This document shows, in pieces, positions 35,796 to 46,733 of a stretch of 64,000 bases of DNA. The notes under the pieces are model-generated. The model was not told the origin of the DNA and did not search any database. It was given only the letters and a program-made list of their open reading frames with translations. Source of the stretch: Candidatus Dormibacteria bacterium (lineage in GTDB: Bacteria > Chloroflexota > Dormibacteria > Aeolococcales > Bog-877); contig JBJKSO010000105.1 in the NCBI GenBank assembly GCA_046703825.1, positions 320-64,319 on the forward strand, read 5' to 3'. Both the position numbers and the translations under genes were made by a program. Every line of letters begins with the position of its first letter. Positions within the stretch are counted from its first letter, which is position 1.

Positions 35796-37655
35796 GTGGC
35801 GATGGACGGGGTTACTTCGGTGCGGGGACCGGAGACCGCGATCGACTTCAACTTGGTGGCGGCCACCGTCAACGGGTCTGGCAGTCAGTCGGCCAACCTG
35901 GTGCTCACCCGCGCCGTATTCGCGATGGGCATCCCGGTGGCGCCGAAGAACCTGTTCCCCTCGAACATCGAGGGCCTGCCCACCTGGTTCTTCCTGCGAG
36001 CCAACTCCGCCGGGTACCGGGCGGGGCGACGGCAGGCGGACCTGATGGTAGCCCTGAACCGGGCGACCTTCGCCCAGGATCTCGACCGGCTCAACCCGGG
36101 CGGGGCACTGGTCCACGAGGCGTCCTTCGGTGAGCCGGCCGCTCCCAGCCCACCCGGCGTGCGGCGCTACCCGGTCCCGTTTTTGGCGCTGGCCAAGCAG
36201 CACGTGGCCAGCGCCGACATGCGCAAGTACCTCACCAACATGATCTACGTGGGCGTGGTGGCCGAACTCATGGGCATTCCCGAGGAGGCGCTGGAGCAAG
36301 CCCTGGGCCAGCAGTTCCGGGGCAAGCCCAAAGCGATCGCCCCAAACCGGGAGGCGATCGCTTTGGGCCGCCAGTACTTCGTCGAGAGCTTCGAGCGACC
36401 CACCACGGTGCCTTTGCAGCCGATGGCTTCGCCGCAAGACCGCCTGCTGTTGGAGGGCAATCAGACCGCGGCGCTCGGGGCGCTCATGGCCGGCTGCACG
36501 GTCGCGGCCTGGTACCCGATCACGCCAAGCTCCTCGCTGGCCGAGCATCTGATCGCCTTGAGCGAGCGCTTCCGCAGGGATCCGGAGAGCGGTGAGCGGC
36601 GGATGGCGGTCATTCAGGCGGAGGACGAGCTGGCGGCGGCAGGCATGGTCGTTGGCGCCGGCTGGGCAGGCGCCCGAGCCATGACCACCACCTCCGGGCC
36701 GGGAATCTCTCTGATGGCTGAGTTCGTAGGACTTGGCTACTACGCCGAGATCCCGGGAGTGTTCGTGGATGTTCAGCGGGTGGGGCCGTCGACCGGGCTG
36801 CCGACCCGGACGATGCAGGGAGACGTGAGCTTCGCCCACACGCTCTCCCACGGGGACACCAAGCACCCGGTGCTGCTGCCGGCGGACCCGCTCGAGTGCT
36901 ACCAGTTCGTCCAGGAGGCGTTCAACCTGGCCGAGGAGCTGCAGACCCCGGTCTTCGTCCTCTCGGACCTGGACATCGGCATGAACCTCTGGATGACCGA
37001 GCCGCTCCCCTATCCCGACCAACCGCTCCGCCGTGGCAAGGTCTTGCGCGCGGAACAGCTGCGCCAGCTGACCCGGTTCGAGCGTTACCGGGACGTCGAC
37101 GGCGACGGGGTACCCTGGCGGACCCTGCCGGGCACCGACCACCCTCTGGCCGCCTACTTCACCCGCGGCTCGGGGCACGACGAAGCGGCCCGCTACACGG
37201 AGAGCGAGGTGGTCTACTCGCGGATCATGGACCGGCTGGCGCGCAAGCTGGAGACTGCGCGCGCGATGGTTCCCCAGCCGCTGGTGGACGAGCACGGGGC
37301 AGAGCTGGGCATCATCGCCTTCGGCTCCTCCGACCACGCGGTGCGCGAGGTGCGCGATCGACTGGGGAGCGCGGGCACCGCCTCCGACTACCTGCGGCTC
37401 CGCGCCCTCCCGGTGGCCCAGAGTGTCAATGATTTTGTCGAGGCGCACTCAGTGGTCTATGTGATCGAGCAAAATCGCGACGGACAGATGCTTCAGATCC
37501 TGAAGTCGGAGCTGCGCCCCGAGCTGGTGGCCAGGCTGCGCTCGGTCCGCCACTACGATGGTCTGCCGCTGTTCGCCGACGACGTGCTGGAGCAGATCAG
37601 AGCCAACGGCGCGGGCGCAACCGGGCCCCAGCTCAAGGTTGTCAGGGGGGCGTGA
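35796..37655 (+). CDS. korA: 2-oxoacid (2-oxoglutarate):ferredoxin oxidoreductase subunit alpha
   Basis: ORF track, 619 aa. Reads GSGSQSANLVLTRAVFAMGIPVAPKNLFPSNIEGLPTWF. Its stop overlaps the beta-subunit start by 4 nt. Confidence 0.85.
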   Translation: MAMDGVTSVRGPETAIDFNLVAATVNGSGSQSANLVLTRAVFAMGIPVAPKNLFPSNIEGLPTWFFLRANSAGYRAGRRQADLMVALNRATFAQDLDRLNPGGALVHEASFGEPAAPSPPGVRRYPVPFLALAKQHVASADMRKYLTNMIYVGVVAELMGIPEEALEQALGQQFRGKPKAIAPNREAIALGRQYFVESFERPTTVPLQPMASPQDRLLLEGNQTAALGALMAGCTVAAWYPITPSSSLAEHLIALSERFRRDPESGERRMAVIQAEDELAAAGMVVGAGWAGARAMTTTSGPGISLMAEFVGLGYYAEIPGVFVDVQRVGPSTGLPTRTMQGDVSFAHTLSHGDTKHPVLLPADPLECYQFVQEAFNLAEELQTPVFVLSDLDIGMNLWMTEPLPYPDQPLRRGKVLRAEQLRQLTRFERYRDVDGDGVPWRTLPGTDHPLAAYFTRGSGHDEAARYTESEVVYSRIMDRLARKLETARAMVPQPLVDEHGAELGIIAFGSSDHAVREVRDRLGSAGTASDYLRLRALPVAQSVNDFVEAHSVVYVIEQNRDGQMLQILKSELRPELVARLRSVRHYDGLPLFADDVLEQIRANGAGATGPQLKVVRGA

Positions 37656-38683
37656 TGGCGGTCCAGGCCAAGACCAACCGGCTCGGGCTCAGCCGGGACG
37701 ACTACCGGGGGCTGGCAACAACCCTGTGCGCCGGCTGCGGCCACAACTCGATCACCAACCACATCGTGAAGGCGCTCTTCGATCATGGCGTGGAGCCGCA
37801 CCGGCTCGCCAAGATGAGCGGGATCGGCTGCTCCTCGAAGGCCACCGCGTACTTCGTGGAGCGCTCCCACGCCTTCAACGCCGTGCACGGAAGGATGGCC
37901 GCCGTCACCACCGGCGCCGCCGCTGCCAACCGCCAACTGCTCTTCCTGGGGATCAGCGGGGACGGCGACACCGCCAGCATCGGCCTCGGCAACTTCGCCC
38001 ACCTGGTCCGGCGCAACGTTGACTGCACGTACGTGGTGGAGAACAACGGGGTCTACGGCCTGACCAAGGGGCAGTTCTCCGCCACCGCCGACGTCGGCTC
38101 GGTCCAGAAGCGGGGCGCGGTCAACCAGCTGGAAACCATCGATGTGGCGGCGCTGGCGATCCAGCTGGGCGCCACCTTCGTCGCCCGCAGCTTCAGCGGG
38201 GACGGCCAGCAGCTGGTGCCCCTGCTCGAGGCCGCCTTCTCGCACCGGGGCACGGCGGTCCTGGACGTGATCAGCCCCTGCGTCACCTACAACGACCACG
38301 AGGGGTCGACCAAGAGCTACGCCTACGTCAAGGAGCACGACCTGGTGCTCCAGGAGCTGGACTTCATCCCCGAGCAGCGCGAGGTGGAGGTCTCGTACCC
38401 GGAGGGGGAATCGACCGAGGTAACCCTCCACGACGGTTCGCGTCTGCGGCTGCGCAAGCTGGGCGCGGACCACGACCCCGGCGACCGCATGGCGGCCCTG
38501 CGCGTGATCGAATCCGGCCGGCAGAGCCGCGAGCTGATCACGGGCCTGCTCTACGTCAACCCCGAGTCGGTCGACCTGGCCACCCGCGAGCAGCTCGTCG
38601 ACACGCCGCTGCGGGATCTGACCGAACCGGAGCTGCGCCCCAGTGCCGAGCAGTTCCGGGCACTGATGGAGAGCTGGCGCTAG
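37652..38683 (+). CDS. korB: 2-oxoacid:ferredoxin oxidoreductase subunit beta (TPP-binding)
   Basis: ORF track, 343 aa. Reads CAGCGHNSI...GIGCSSK...GISGDGD...ENNGVYGLTKGQ. Confidence 0.85.
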   Translation: MMAVQAKTNRLGLSRDDYRGLATTLCAGCGHNSITNHIVKALFDHGVEPHRLAKMSGIGCSSKATAYFVERSHAFNAVHGRMAAVTTGAAAANRQLLFLGISGDGDTASIGLGNFAHLVRRNVDCTYVVENNGVYGLTKGQFSATADVGSVQKRGAVNQLETIDVAALAIQLGATFVARSFSGDGQQLVPLLEAAFSHRGTAVLDVISPCVTYNDHEGSTKSYAYVKEHDLVLQELDFIPEQREVEVSYPEGESTEVTLHDGSRLRLRKLGADHDPGDRMAALRVIESGRQSRELITGLLYVNPESVDLATREQLVDTPLRDLTEPELRPSAEQFRALMESWR

Positions 38684-39108
38684 GCCGATCCCGGGGTGGC
38701 GGGAGCGCTCGAGGCCCCCTGGCCCGGAAGCGACGCCAGCGCCTGCTGCACCCGCTCGGCGGCCTCGGCCGCCACCGGCTCCAGCGCCGCTCGTCCCGTC
38801 ACCGACGCGAGTATCTCCGGGTCCAGGGCTTGGACCAGCGTCTTGCCGCCCTGCTCCCGGACAACGACGTTGCATGGCAGCAGCATCCCGATGTCGCGCT
38901 CGACGTCCAGGGCCCGGTGCGCCAGCTCGGGGTTGCAGGCACCCAGGATCAGGTACGGCTCCATCTCGAGGCCGAGCTTCTCCCGTAGGGTCTCGCGCAC
39001 ATCGATCTCGGTGAGGACACCGAACCCCTGGGACTTGAAGGCTTCCCGCACCTTGCCCACCGCTTCGGCAAAGGGAAGGGCAAGCTGCACGCTGCGTCCG
39101 TACTCCAC
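38680..39108 (-). CDS. DUF302 domain protein
   Basis: ORF track, 142 aa. Reads FGVLTEIDVRETLREKLG..EPYLILGACNP. Confidence 0.75.
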   Translation of the reverse strand: MEYGRSVQLALPFAEAVGKVREAFKSQGFGVLTEIDVRETLREKLGLEMEPYLILGACNPELAHRALDVERDIGMLLPCNVVVREQGGKTLVQALDPEILASVTGRAALEPVAAEAAERVQQALASLPGQGASSAPATPGSA

Positions 39109-39364
39109 CTGGCCACCTCCTGGCTTCCGACCCGGGCCCTAGCCGTCGGGGGTGCCGCGCGGGCATCCATTGCGAATGTAGCGTCGGCGAGCCTCGATGG
39201 GGCGTGTGGATCGTTGAATCGCGGCTGGCCGCTCCCGTGGTCCGGCGGGACCGGCGTCCGCCGGGCGCTCTCAGCCGAGATTCAGGACGGTCCTCCGGTC
39301 GTCCGATAGTTTTTGCTCGCACTCGAGTGATTTCCCGCGGATACCTCGAACAGAAGGAAAACCC

Positions 39365-39787
39365 ATGAAGAGATTGCTTGTCACCGGTGTCGTCGCCGGG
39401 CTCCTCGCGACCGGCGCGACCGCCGCCATCACGGCCGTATCGGCGTCCGGGACGCCGAGCAGTTCCCCGGCGCCGGGTGCCCGACCCCGGCACCATCCCT
39501 TCCCGCCCCGGAACCGGGTTGCCGGTAAGGTCCTCGATCTCACGACCACCGGGGGCAGCCGGGGCTACGGGTACTTGGTGCTGAGCCAGCCCAACGGCTC
39601 CCAGCTGGACATCGAGTTCGCGGCGCGCACCAAGGCCTTCAGCTACCAGGGACTGGGGATCAAGCCCAGCTCGGAGAGCCTCGGGTCAATTCAGACCGGC
39701 GAGGTGGTCATCGCAGGCACGGTGGTGGTGCAGGGCACCCGCTATGCGGCGCGCATCCTCGACTTGGGTATCAACGCGGGCGGCTGA
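39365..39787 (+). CDS. secreted hypothetical protein
   Basis: ORF track, 140 aa. Signal peptide MKRLLVTGVVAGLLATGATAAITAVSA. AAGGAAAACCC precedes the ATG. Confidence 0.65.
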   Translation: MKRLLVTGVVAGLLATGATAAITAVSASGTPSSSPAPGARPRHHPFPPRNRVAGKVLDLTTTGGSRGYGYLVLSQPNGSQLDIEFAARTKAFSYQGLGIKPSSESLGSIQTGEVVIAGTVVVQGTRYAARILDLGINAGG

Positions 39788-39843
39788 GCCGCCCTCGCCG
39801 CAGCCGCCGGGGCCCGGCTCCCCGGCGGCATGGCGGCCGGGGC

Positions 39844-41034
39844 TCAGTAGTACCCGTAGCCAGCGGGCAGCCGGCGCGGCGGCTCGGGTCCGACGTAGAT
39901 GGCCGAGGGGCGGATGAGGCGGTTGTGGGCCCTCTGCTCGCAGGTCGCGGCGGTCCAACCCACCGTGCGGCTGCTGGCGAAGGTCGGGGTGAACATGTCG
40001 CGGGGAATCCCGGCCGTGTTCATCACCACCCCGGCGTAGAACTCGACGTTGGTGTAGAGCCGCCGTCCCGGCTTGAGCTCGTTGAGCACGCGCAGAGCGG
40101 TCCGTTCCACGTGCTGGGCGAAACGTGCCTGCTCGCCGCCAAGCTCGAGCGCCACTTCACGCAGCAGCGTGGATCGGGGATCATCGGTCTTGTAAACCCG
40201 ATGTCCGAAGCCCATGAGCCGGTCACCGGAGGCCACCTTGTCGCGCAGGTAGTCGTAGGCCCGCTCCTCGGTGCCGATCTCGTCCAGGGTCTGCAGGGCT
40301 CGGGACGGAGCGCCGCCGTGCAGGGGGCCGGAGAGCGCCCCGATGGCCCCGACCAGGCAGGAGCCCAGGTCCGCTCCGGTGGAGGCGATCACGCGGGCGG
40401 TGAAGGTGGAGGCGTTGAAGCCGTGGTCCATGGTGAGAATCAGGTACTGCTCGACCGCCCGGGCGTGGACATCGTCGGGGCGCTCACCGGTGAGCATCTG
40501 CAGGTAGGCGCCAGCGTAGCCCAGGTCTGGGTCGGGTTCCACCGGGGGCAGGTCCTGGTGGGCGCGGTACAGCCGCATCAGCAGCACCGGCACGACAGCC
40601 GCCAGCTTCAGCGCCTCGCGGCGCACCTCGGCCTCGTCCAAGTCCATGATCGGGCGCAGCCCGAGCCCCGAGGAGGTCAGGGAGACGGCGGTGCGCAGGG
40701 CGCTCAGCGGGTCGAACGGCTCGACATGCGCGATCTCGGGAAGCAGCTTCGCCACTTCCTCCGGCAGCCGCCGCAACTCGGCCGTGTGCTTGCGGAACGT
40801 CTCCGTCTGCTGCCGATCGGGTAGCTCGCCCTCGATGAGCAGGTGCCAGACCTGCTCGAACGAGGAGAGTCTGGCCAGGTCAACGGCGTTGTAGCCGCGG
40901 TAGTGGTAGAAGCCCTCCTCGCCGCGGACGTCGCTGACTTCGGTCTCTGATACCGCCACCCCCTCGAGCCCAGCCGGAACCCTGATGGGCTGCGGCGATT
41001 CGGGCTTGGCGGGGCTTTCGGTAGCGTTGGTCAT
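39844..41034 (-). CDS. citrate synthase (about 400-aa CitA/CitZ-type)
   Basis: ATG at 41034 lies 7 nt after GGAGG. The ORF-track TTG at 41046 is less likely. Motifs read GLEGV, LHGGA, GFGHRVYKTDDPR and NVEFY. Confidence 0.9.
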   Translation of the reverse strand: MTNATESPAKPESPQPIRVPAGLEGVAVSETEVSDVRGEEGFYHYRGYNAVDLARLSSFEQVWHLLIEGELPDRQQTETFRKHTAELRRLPEEVAKLLPEIAHVEPFDPLSALRTAVSLTSSGLGLRPIMDLDEAEVRREALKLAAVVPVLLMRLYRAHQDLPPVEPDPDLGYAGAYLQMLTGERPDDVHARAVEQYLILTMDHGFNASTFTARVIASTGADLGSCLVGAIGALSGPLHGGAPSRALQTLDEIGTEERAYDYLRDKVASGDRLMGFGHRVYKTDDPRSTLLREVALELGGEQARFAQHVERTALRVLNELKPGRRLYTNVEFYAGVVMNTAGIPRDMFTPTFASSRTVGWTAATCEQRAHNRLIRPSAIYVGPEPPRRLPAGYGYY

Positions 41035-41054
41035 GGCAGCCTCCAATTGGCCGG

Positions 41055-41201
41055 TCAGGTCTGTGCGGATCCCTGCGGCGGAGGCCCCTTCCGCTCGGAC
41101 TTGTCGCCCGTGTAGAAGAGCCAGAGCCAGGCGATCAACGAGCCCCCAGCGACCACGACGAGCATGGCCAGAGTCACGGCGATCTCGACTGGTGTGGTCA
41201 T
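41055..41201 (-). CDS. small (48 aa) single-TM protein upstream of citrate synthase
   Basis: Hand translation gives MTTPVEIAVTLAMLVVVAGGSLIAWLWLFYTGDKSERKGPPPQGSAQT*. GGAGGG lies 6 nt before the ATG. The stop is 20 nt before the citrate synthase ATG. The ORF is below the ORF-track size cutoff. Confidence 0.4.
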   Translation of the reverse strand: MTTPVEIAVTLAMLVVVAGGSLIAWLWLFYTGDKSERKGPPPQGSAQT

Positions 41202-41354
41202 AGGGTCCCTCCGTTCAACTCGTATTCTAGGCCACCCGGTTTTGCTCTCCCCTGCCCGGGCCTTACGCTCAGCAGTCGCACCGGGCTCTAGCGCCGAAGC
41301 CCGGCGCCAGCGATGGCAGTTAGCGGCGCCGCCTCCTTCGGGAGCTCAGTCTCA

Positions 41355-42590
41355 ATGACCGACAGCTTCGGCGACCCCCGCACCGCCCGCGTCGCCGTGC
41401 TCGGGCTGGTGGGAGCGAGCCTCATGGACGCGGTTGGGGCGACCATGGTGCTTCCCATCCTGCCGGTCTTCCTGCGCCACGGCGGCGCCTCCTACGCCGA
41501 GATCGGACTGGTGACGGCCGTCTTCTGGGGAGCCGGTCTCGCGGTCCGCTACCCGCTCGGGCTTTTGTCAGACCGCCTGGGACGGAAGTGGTTGATCGCG
41601 GGCAGCCAGGTGGTCTATGCCCTGGCGACGGCGGCATTCGCGCTCTCGCCCTCGCCGGTCTGGTTCGTCGTCTTTCGTGCCGTCCAGGGCGCCGCCAGCG
41701 GCGCGGCGATGGTGATCTCGATGGCGGCGGTAGCCGACTTCGTCCCACCGCAGCGCCGGGGCCGTGCCTACGGCTGGCTCAGCGGCACCCAGATGGGCGG
41801 CACCGTGGTCGGGCCACTGATAGGCGCGGCTGCGGCCCAGGTCTCCTTCGCGACCATCTTCCTGGGCTCCGCCGGAGCCGTGGCCATCGAGGCGCTGATC
41901 ATCCTGGCCACACTGCCCCGGGGCCGGCCCCAGCACCTGGAGACGCCACCTGGCCACGTGGCCCAGTCGATCTGGACCAACCGGGTGATCCTGGGGATTC
42001 TGGCCTCGTCGATCGCCATCGGCGTGCTGATCGGGATGTACGACACCGACTGGAGCCTGCTGATGCATGCCCGCCACGCCAGCAACTTCGAGATCGGGCT
42101 TTCGTTCACCGTCTTCGCCCTCCCCTTCGCGGTCGCCTCCTGGCCCGCCGGCTGGATCGCCGACCACTTCGACAACCGATGGCTGATCGGCATCAGCACC
42201 GTGACCGGGGGCGCGTTCGCCGCCACCTACCCCTTCCTGCCCACCCCGGCCTGGCTGATCGCGCTGGGCTTCTTCGAGGGCCTGATCTCGGTGGCCGGAG
42301 TGCCGGCGCGCCAGGCGCTGCTCTCCCACCAGGTAGCGCCCCGCGAGATGGGAAAGCTCCAGGGCGTGTACGGCTCGGTCCAGGTGGGGGGCTCGGCCGC
42401 CGCGGCCTTGCTGGCCGGACCGCTGTTCGGGGTGAACCTGGCCATCCCCTTCCTGGGCACCGCCGGGGTCATGTTCCTGGCCGCCCTGACCATGGCACCT
42501 CTGTGGGCTGGCACCAGCGGCCGCCCACCGGCGAAAGTGGAGGGCCCGGCGCCCCTGGCGCCAGGCCCTCCGCCGACTGCCGGAAGCTAG
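41355..42590 (+). CDS. MFS transporter
   Basis: ORF track (425 aa from 41313). The likely start is the ATG at 41355 (MTDSFGDPR...). 12-TM pattern with LSDRLGRK. Confidence 0.85.
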   Translation: MTDSFGDPRTARVAVLGLVGASLMDAVGATMVLPILPVFLRHGGASYAEIGLVTAVFWGAGLAVRYPLGLLSDRLGRKWLIAGSQVVYALATAAFALSPSPVWFVVFRAVQGAASGAAMVISMAAVADFVPPQRRGRAYGWLSGTQMGGTVVGPLIGAAAAQVSFATIFLGSAGAVAIEALIILATLPRGRPQHLETPPGHVAQSIWTNRVILGILASSIAIGVLIGMYDTDWSLLMHARHASNFEIGLSFTVFALPFAVASWPAGWIADHFDNRWLIGISTVTGGAFAATYPFLPTPAWLIALGFFEGLISVAGVPARQALLSHQVAPREMGKLQGVYGSVQVGGSAAAALLAGPLFGVNLAIPFLGTAGVMFLAALTMAPLWAGTSGRPPAKVEGPAPLAPGPPPTAGS

Positions 42591-43213
42591 TTGGTCGGGA
42601 GGATGATCCGCTTGGCCGTTGCGTTCAGCACGTCCGCGAAGGACGTGTACATGGCGGCGATGGCGGTAAGCACGCCCACCCAGCCGGCGATGTGAGTCCA
42701 AGTGGAGCTGTTGCCCCAGGCCCCGAAGGCGAGCAGCAGGAAGGTCAGCGCCAGCAGGAAGAAGACGGCCTGCACTGCCCGAGTGCCGTGGAGCGCGGCG
42801 ACGAACATGTAGGCGGTGAAGATGGCCCACATGAAGAAATACAGCCCCATCATCGGCGAAACCGCCGACTTGGCGAAGACGTCGTTGATCAGGTAGTAGC
42901 TGAACCAGAAGAGTCCGTATGAGGTGAATGCCGTCGCGGCAAAGGTGTTGCCCCGGCGGAATGCCCACATCCCGGCCAGAACCTGGCCGAGACCGCCGAA
43001 GGCAGCTGCCATCGCCAGCACCACGCCTCCGGAAGCCGCAGGGACCACACCGTTGGCCACCCACATGGCCAGCATGGTGGTCATCCCGAAGGCGACCAGC
43101 CCGAGCGGGGCGGGATCAGCGATTATCGCCTCGACCTCGGTGGTGTGCATGACGCTCGGCATCGGCGCCGCCGCGGCTGGAGCCCCAGACATTGGGGGAT
43201 TCTGTGCAGCCAA
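42587..43213 (-). CDS. GPR1/FUN34/YaaH-family acetate/succinate channel (SatP-like)
   Basis: ORF track, 208 aa. Reads DPAPLGLVAFGMTTM, NTFAATAFTSYGLFWFSYY. It lies 51 nt downstream of acs. Confidence 0.8.
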   Translation of the reverse strand: MAAQNPPMSGAPAAAAPMPSVMHTTEVEAIIADPAPLGLVAFGMTTMLAMWVANGVVPAASGGVVLAMAAAFGGLGQVLAGMWAFRRGNTFAATAFTSYGLFWFSYYLINDVFAKSAVSPMMGLYFFMWAIFTAYMFVAALHGTRAVQAVFFLLALTFLLLAFGAWGNSSTWTHIAGWVGVLTAIAAMYTSFADVLNATAKRIILPTN

Positions 43214-43264
43214 TTCAGAAGACCTCCTCTATGAGATACAGAACAAGACAGAAAGAAGCCGGTG

Positions 43265-45229
<1,965 letters not shown>

Positions 45230-45344
45230 CCTCGCCCTCCTGTGCGTGACGGTGCCGCCCCTGCGGGCGCAGTCCCGAAAGGCAGCCTTAACCACCCCTC
45301 TGGCAGGAGGCTAGGGGAGAGCACCGCGGTATGACCAGCGGCGA

Positions 45345-45398
45345 GCGGCCGAGCGGTCCATATCAGCGGGCTAGCGGCCGATCCCCGCGGCCGAGCGG
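45345..45398. repeat. exact 12-nt direct repeat GCGGCCGAGCGG (x2) with a third partial copy between
   Basis: Exact copies lie at 45345-45356 and 45387-45398. AGCGGCCGA lies at 45373-45381. All are 115-170 bp upstream of the acs start. Confidence 0.6.
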
Positions 45399-45782
45399 CA
45401 CTACCGCTCCCGGGTGGAGACCAGCTAGGCAGACGGGTTGAAGATGTGGCGCACGGCCCCGGCGGTAGAGCCCTCGCGGTCGGCGCTGGCATTACCGACC
45501 ATCTCCAACCCGGCTGCGATCGCGGATGCCGAGCCGAACTGCGCGGCGCTGGCGTCCCCCTCCGTCTTCGCCGACCTTCAAGAACTCGACGATCTCTTGG
45601 TGTTTACCGCTCGAGCACAGGTCGGACCTAACTCGCTGCTAAGTCGAGGTGCAGCAAAACCAATCTGGGCGCCTATCGCTGGCGACCACCGGTCCAAGGC
45701 CTGCCGAGAAGCAATCAATCGGGTTTGCAGCAGCCCCGGGGCGGTGGTGGTAAAAGTAGTCGCAGGTCAAGGAGGCACTCCT

Positions 45783-46379
45783 GTGGTTGACCCAACCACC
45801 GTCACCTTTCCAGCCTCGGCGTACCCGCCCATAGCGCTTGGATTCTTCGGGCTGGGCACCGGTTACTGCATCTACGGACCCCAGGAGCTGCTGGGCTACC
45901 CCAGCCGCAACCCCTCTGTGGACTTGAGCACCGGCGTCTGGGGCATCTGGCTGCCGGGTTTCTGCCAGTTCATGACCGGCACCTACCTGTTCATTGGTCT
46001 CGCCTGGTTCCACAGCTTCACCGACCCCGCCCTCTACATGGCCGCTCTGGCGTTCAGCGCCTACGGCATTCACTGGTTCGCGATCGGCTTCAACCGGGCC
46101 CGCGGTGCCGACCCGAGGCCGAACGCCTTCATGGCCTTCGCCTTCTTCTGGATCTCGGTGCTGGGCATGATCGTCTTCTTCGTCGACAGCGACATACCCG
46201 TCGGGCTGCTGTTCTTCGGCCTGACCCTCGTGTACCTGGCGGACATCTTCGCCAGCCTCAAGGTCTCGCTCGGGGAGCGGGCGCTGGGCCTCTTTCACGT
46301 GATCACCGGGGCCTGGCTGCTCTACCTGATGTTCGCCGCCGCCCTCAACTTCGCGGCGGGATTCCAACTCTGGCTCTAG
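45783..46379 (+). CDS. divergent GPR1/FUN34/YaaH-like six-TM channel protein
   Basis: GTG at 45783 lies 7 nt after AAGGAGG and is in frame with ORF 45438..46379, giving 198 aa. Reads YPPIALGFFGLGTG...AFSAYGIHWFAIGF. The upstream part of the ORF is not protein-like. Confidence 0.6.
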   Translation: MVDPTTVTFPASAYPPIALGFFGLGTGYCIYGPQELLGYPSRNPSVDLSTGVWGIWLPGFCQFMTGTYLFIGLAWFHSFTDPALYMAALAFSAYGIHWFAIGFNRARGADPRPNAFMAFAFFWISVLGMIVFFVDSDIPVGLLFFGLTLVYLADIFASLKVSLGERALGLFHVITGAWLLYLMFAAALNFAAGFQLWL

Positions 46380-46441
46380 GGCTCGCCCCGCTAGGCTCCA
46401 GGCCACTGCTCTCACCAGCCGTACCAGGTCCCGCCGCCAGG

Positions 46442-46672
46442 TCAGAGCTTCTGCCGAGCCTCCAGGGCATCGAGACGCTCTTTGGCCGCCTGCCACCGCG
46501 TCCACGCCACCCAAGCCGCCACCTGCAGGTGGCTGACGCGTTGCGCGAGCCGGGAGCGGCCGACCAGCGCCAGCCACTCCAGCCGCAGGCCTTCAACCTC
46601 TAAGCGCGCCTCTGCGAGGGGCTGGGACGTCGCCAGGGGCCGAAGGTCGGTGCGGGCTTGAAATGGATCCAT
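46442..46672 (-). CDS. hypothetical 76-aa helical protein
   Basis: ORF track. GAGGGGA lies 8 nt before the ATG. No motif recognised. Confidence 0.3.
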   Translation of the reverse strand: MDPFQARTDLRPLATSQPLAEARLEVEGLRLEWLALVGRSRLAQRVSHLQVAAWVAWTRWQAAKERLDALEARQKL

Positions 46673-46733
46673 TCGAAGTGTCCCCTCTATTGTCGCGCGC
46701 CCGTCAAGCCCCGATCGGATTGCGGCCGAGCCT

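Noticed and set aside
35478-37448. 656-aa ORF on the minus strand covering the korA region
   Set aside because: It is antisense to a well-supported KorA gene. The translation is Arg/Gly/Pro/Ala-rich with no motif. This is a typical shadow ORF in >70% GC DNA, where stop codons are rare.
37553-39496. 647-aa minus-strand ORF spanning korB, the DUF302 gene and an intergenic region
   Set aside because: It is a shadow ORF with low-complexity Arg/Gly/Pro composition. It crosses three independently supported features.
41568-43064. 498-aa minus-strand ORF and 444-aa plus-strand ORF (41588-42922) overlapping the MFS and SatP genes
   Set aside because: The alternative frames of two genes have clear transporter sequences. 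Both long ORFs are Arg/Gly/Pro-rich with no hydrophobic periodicity.
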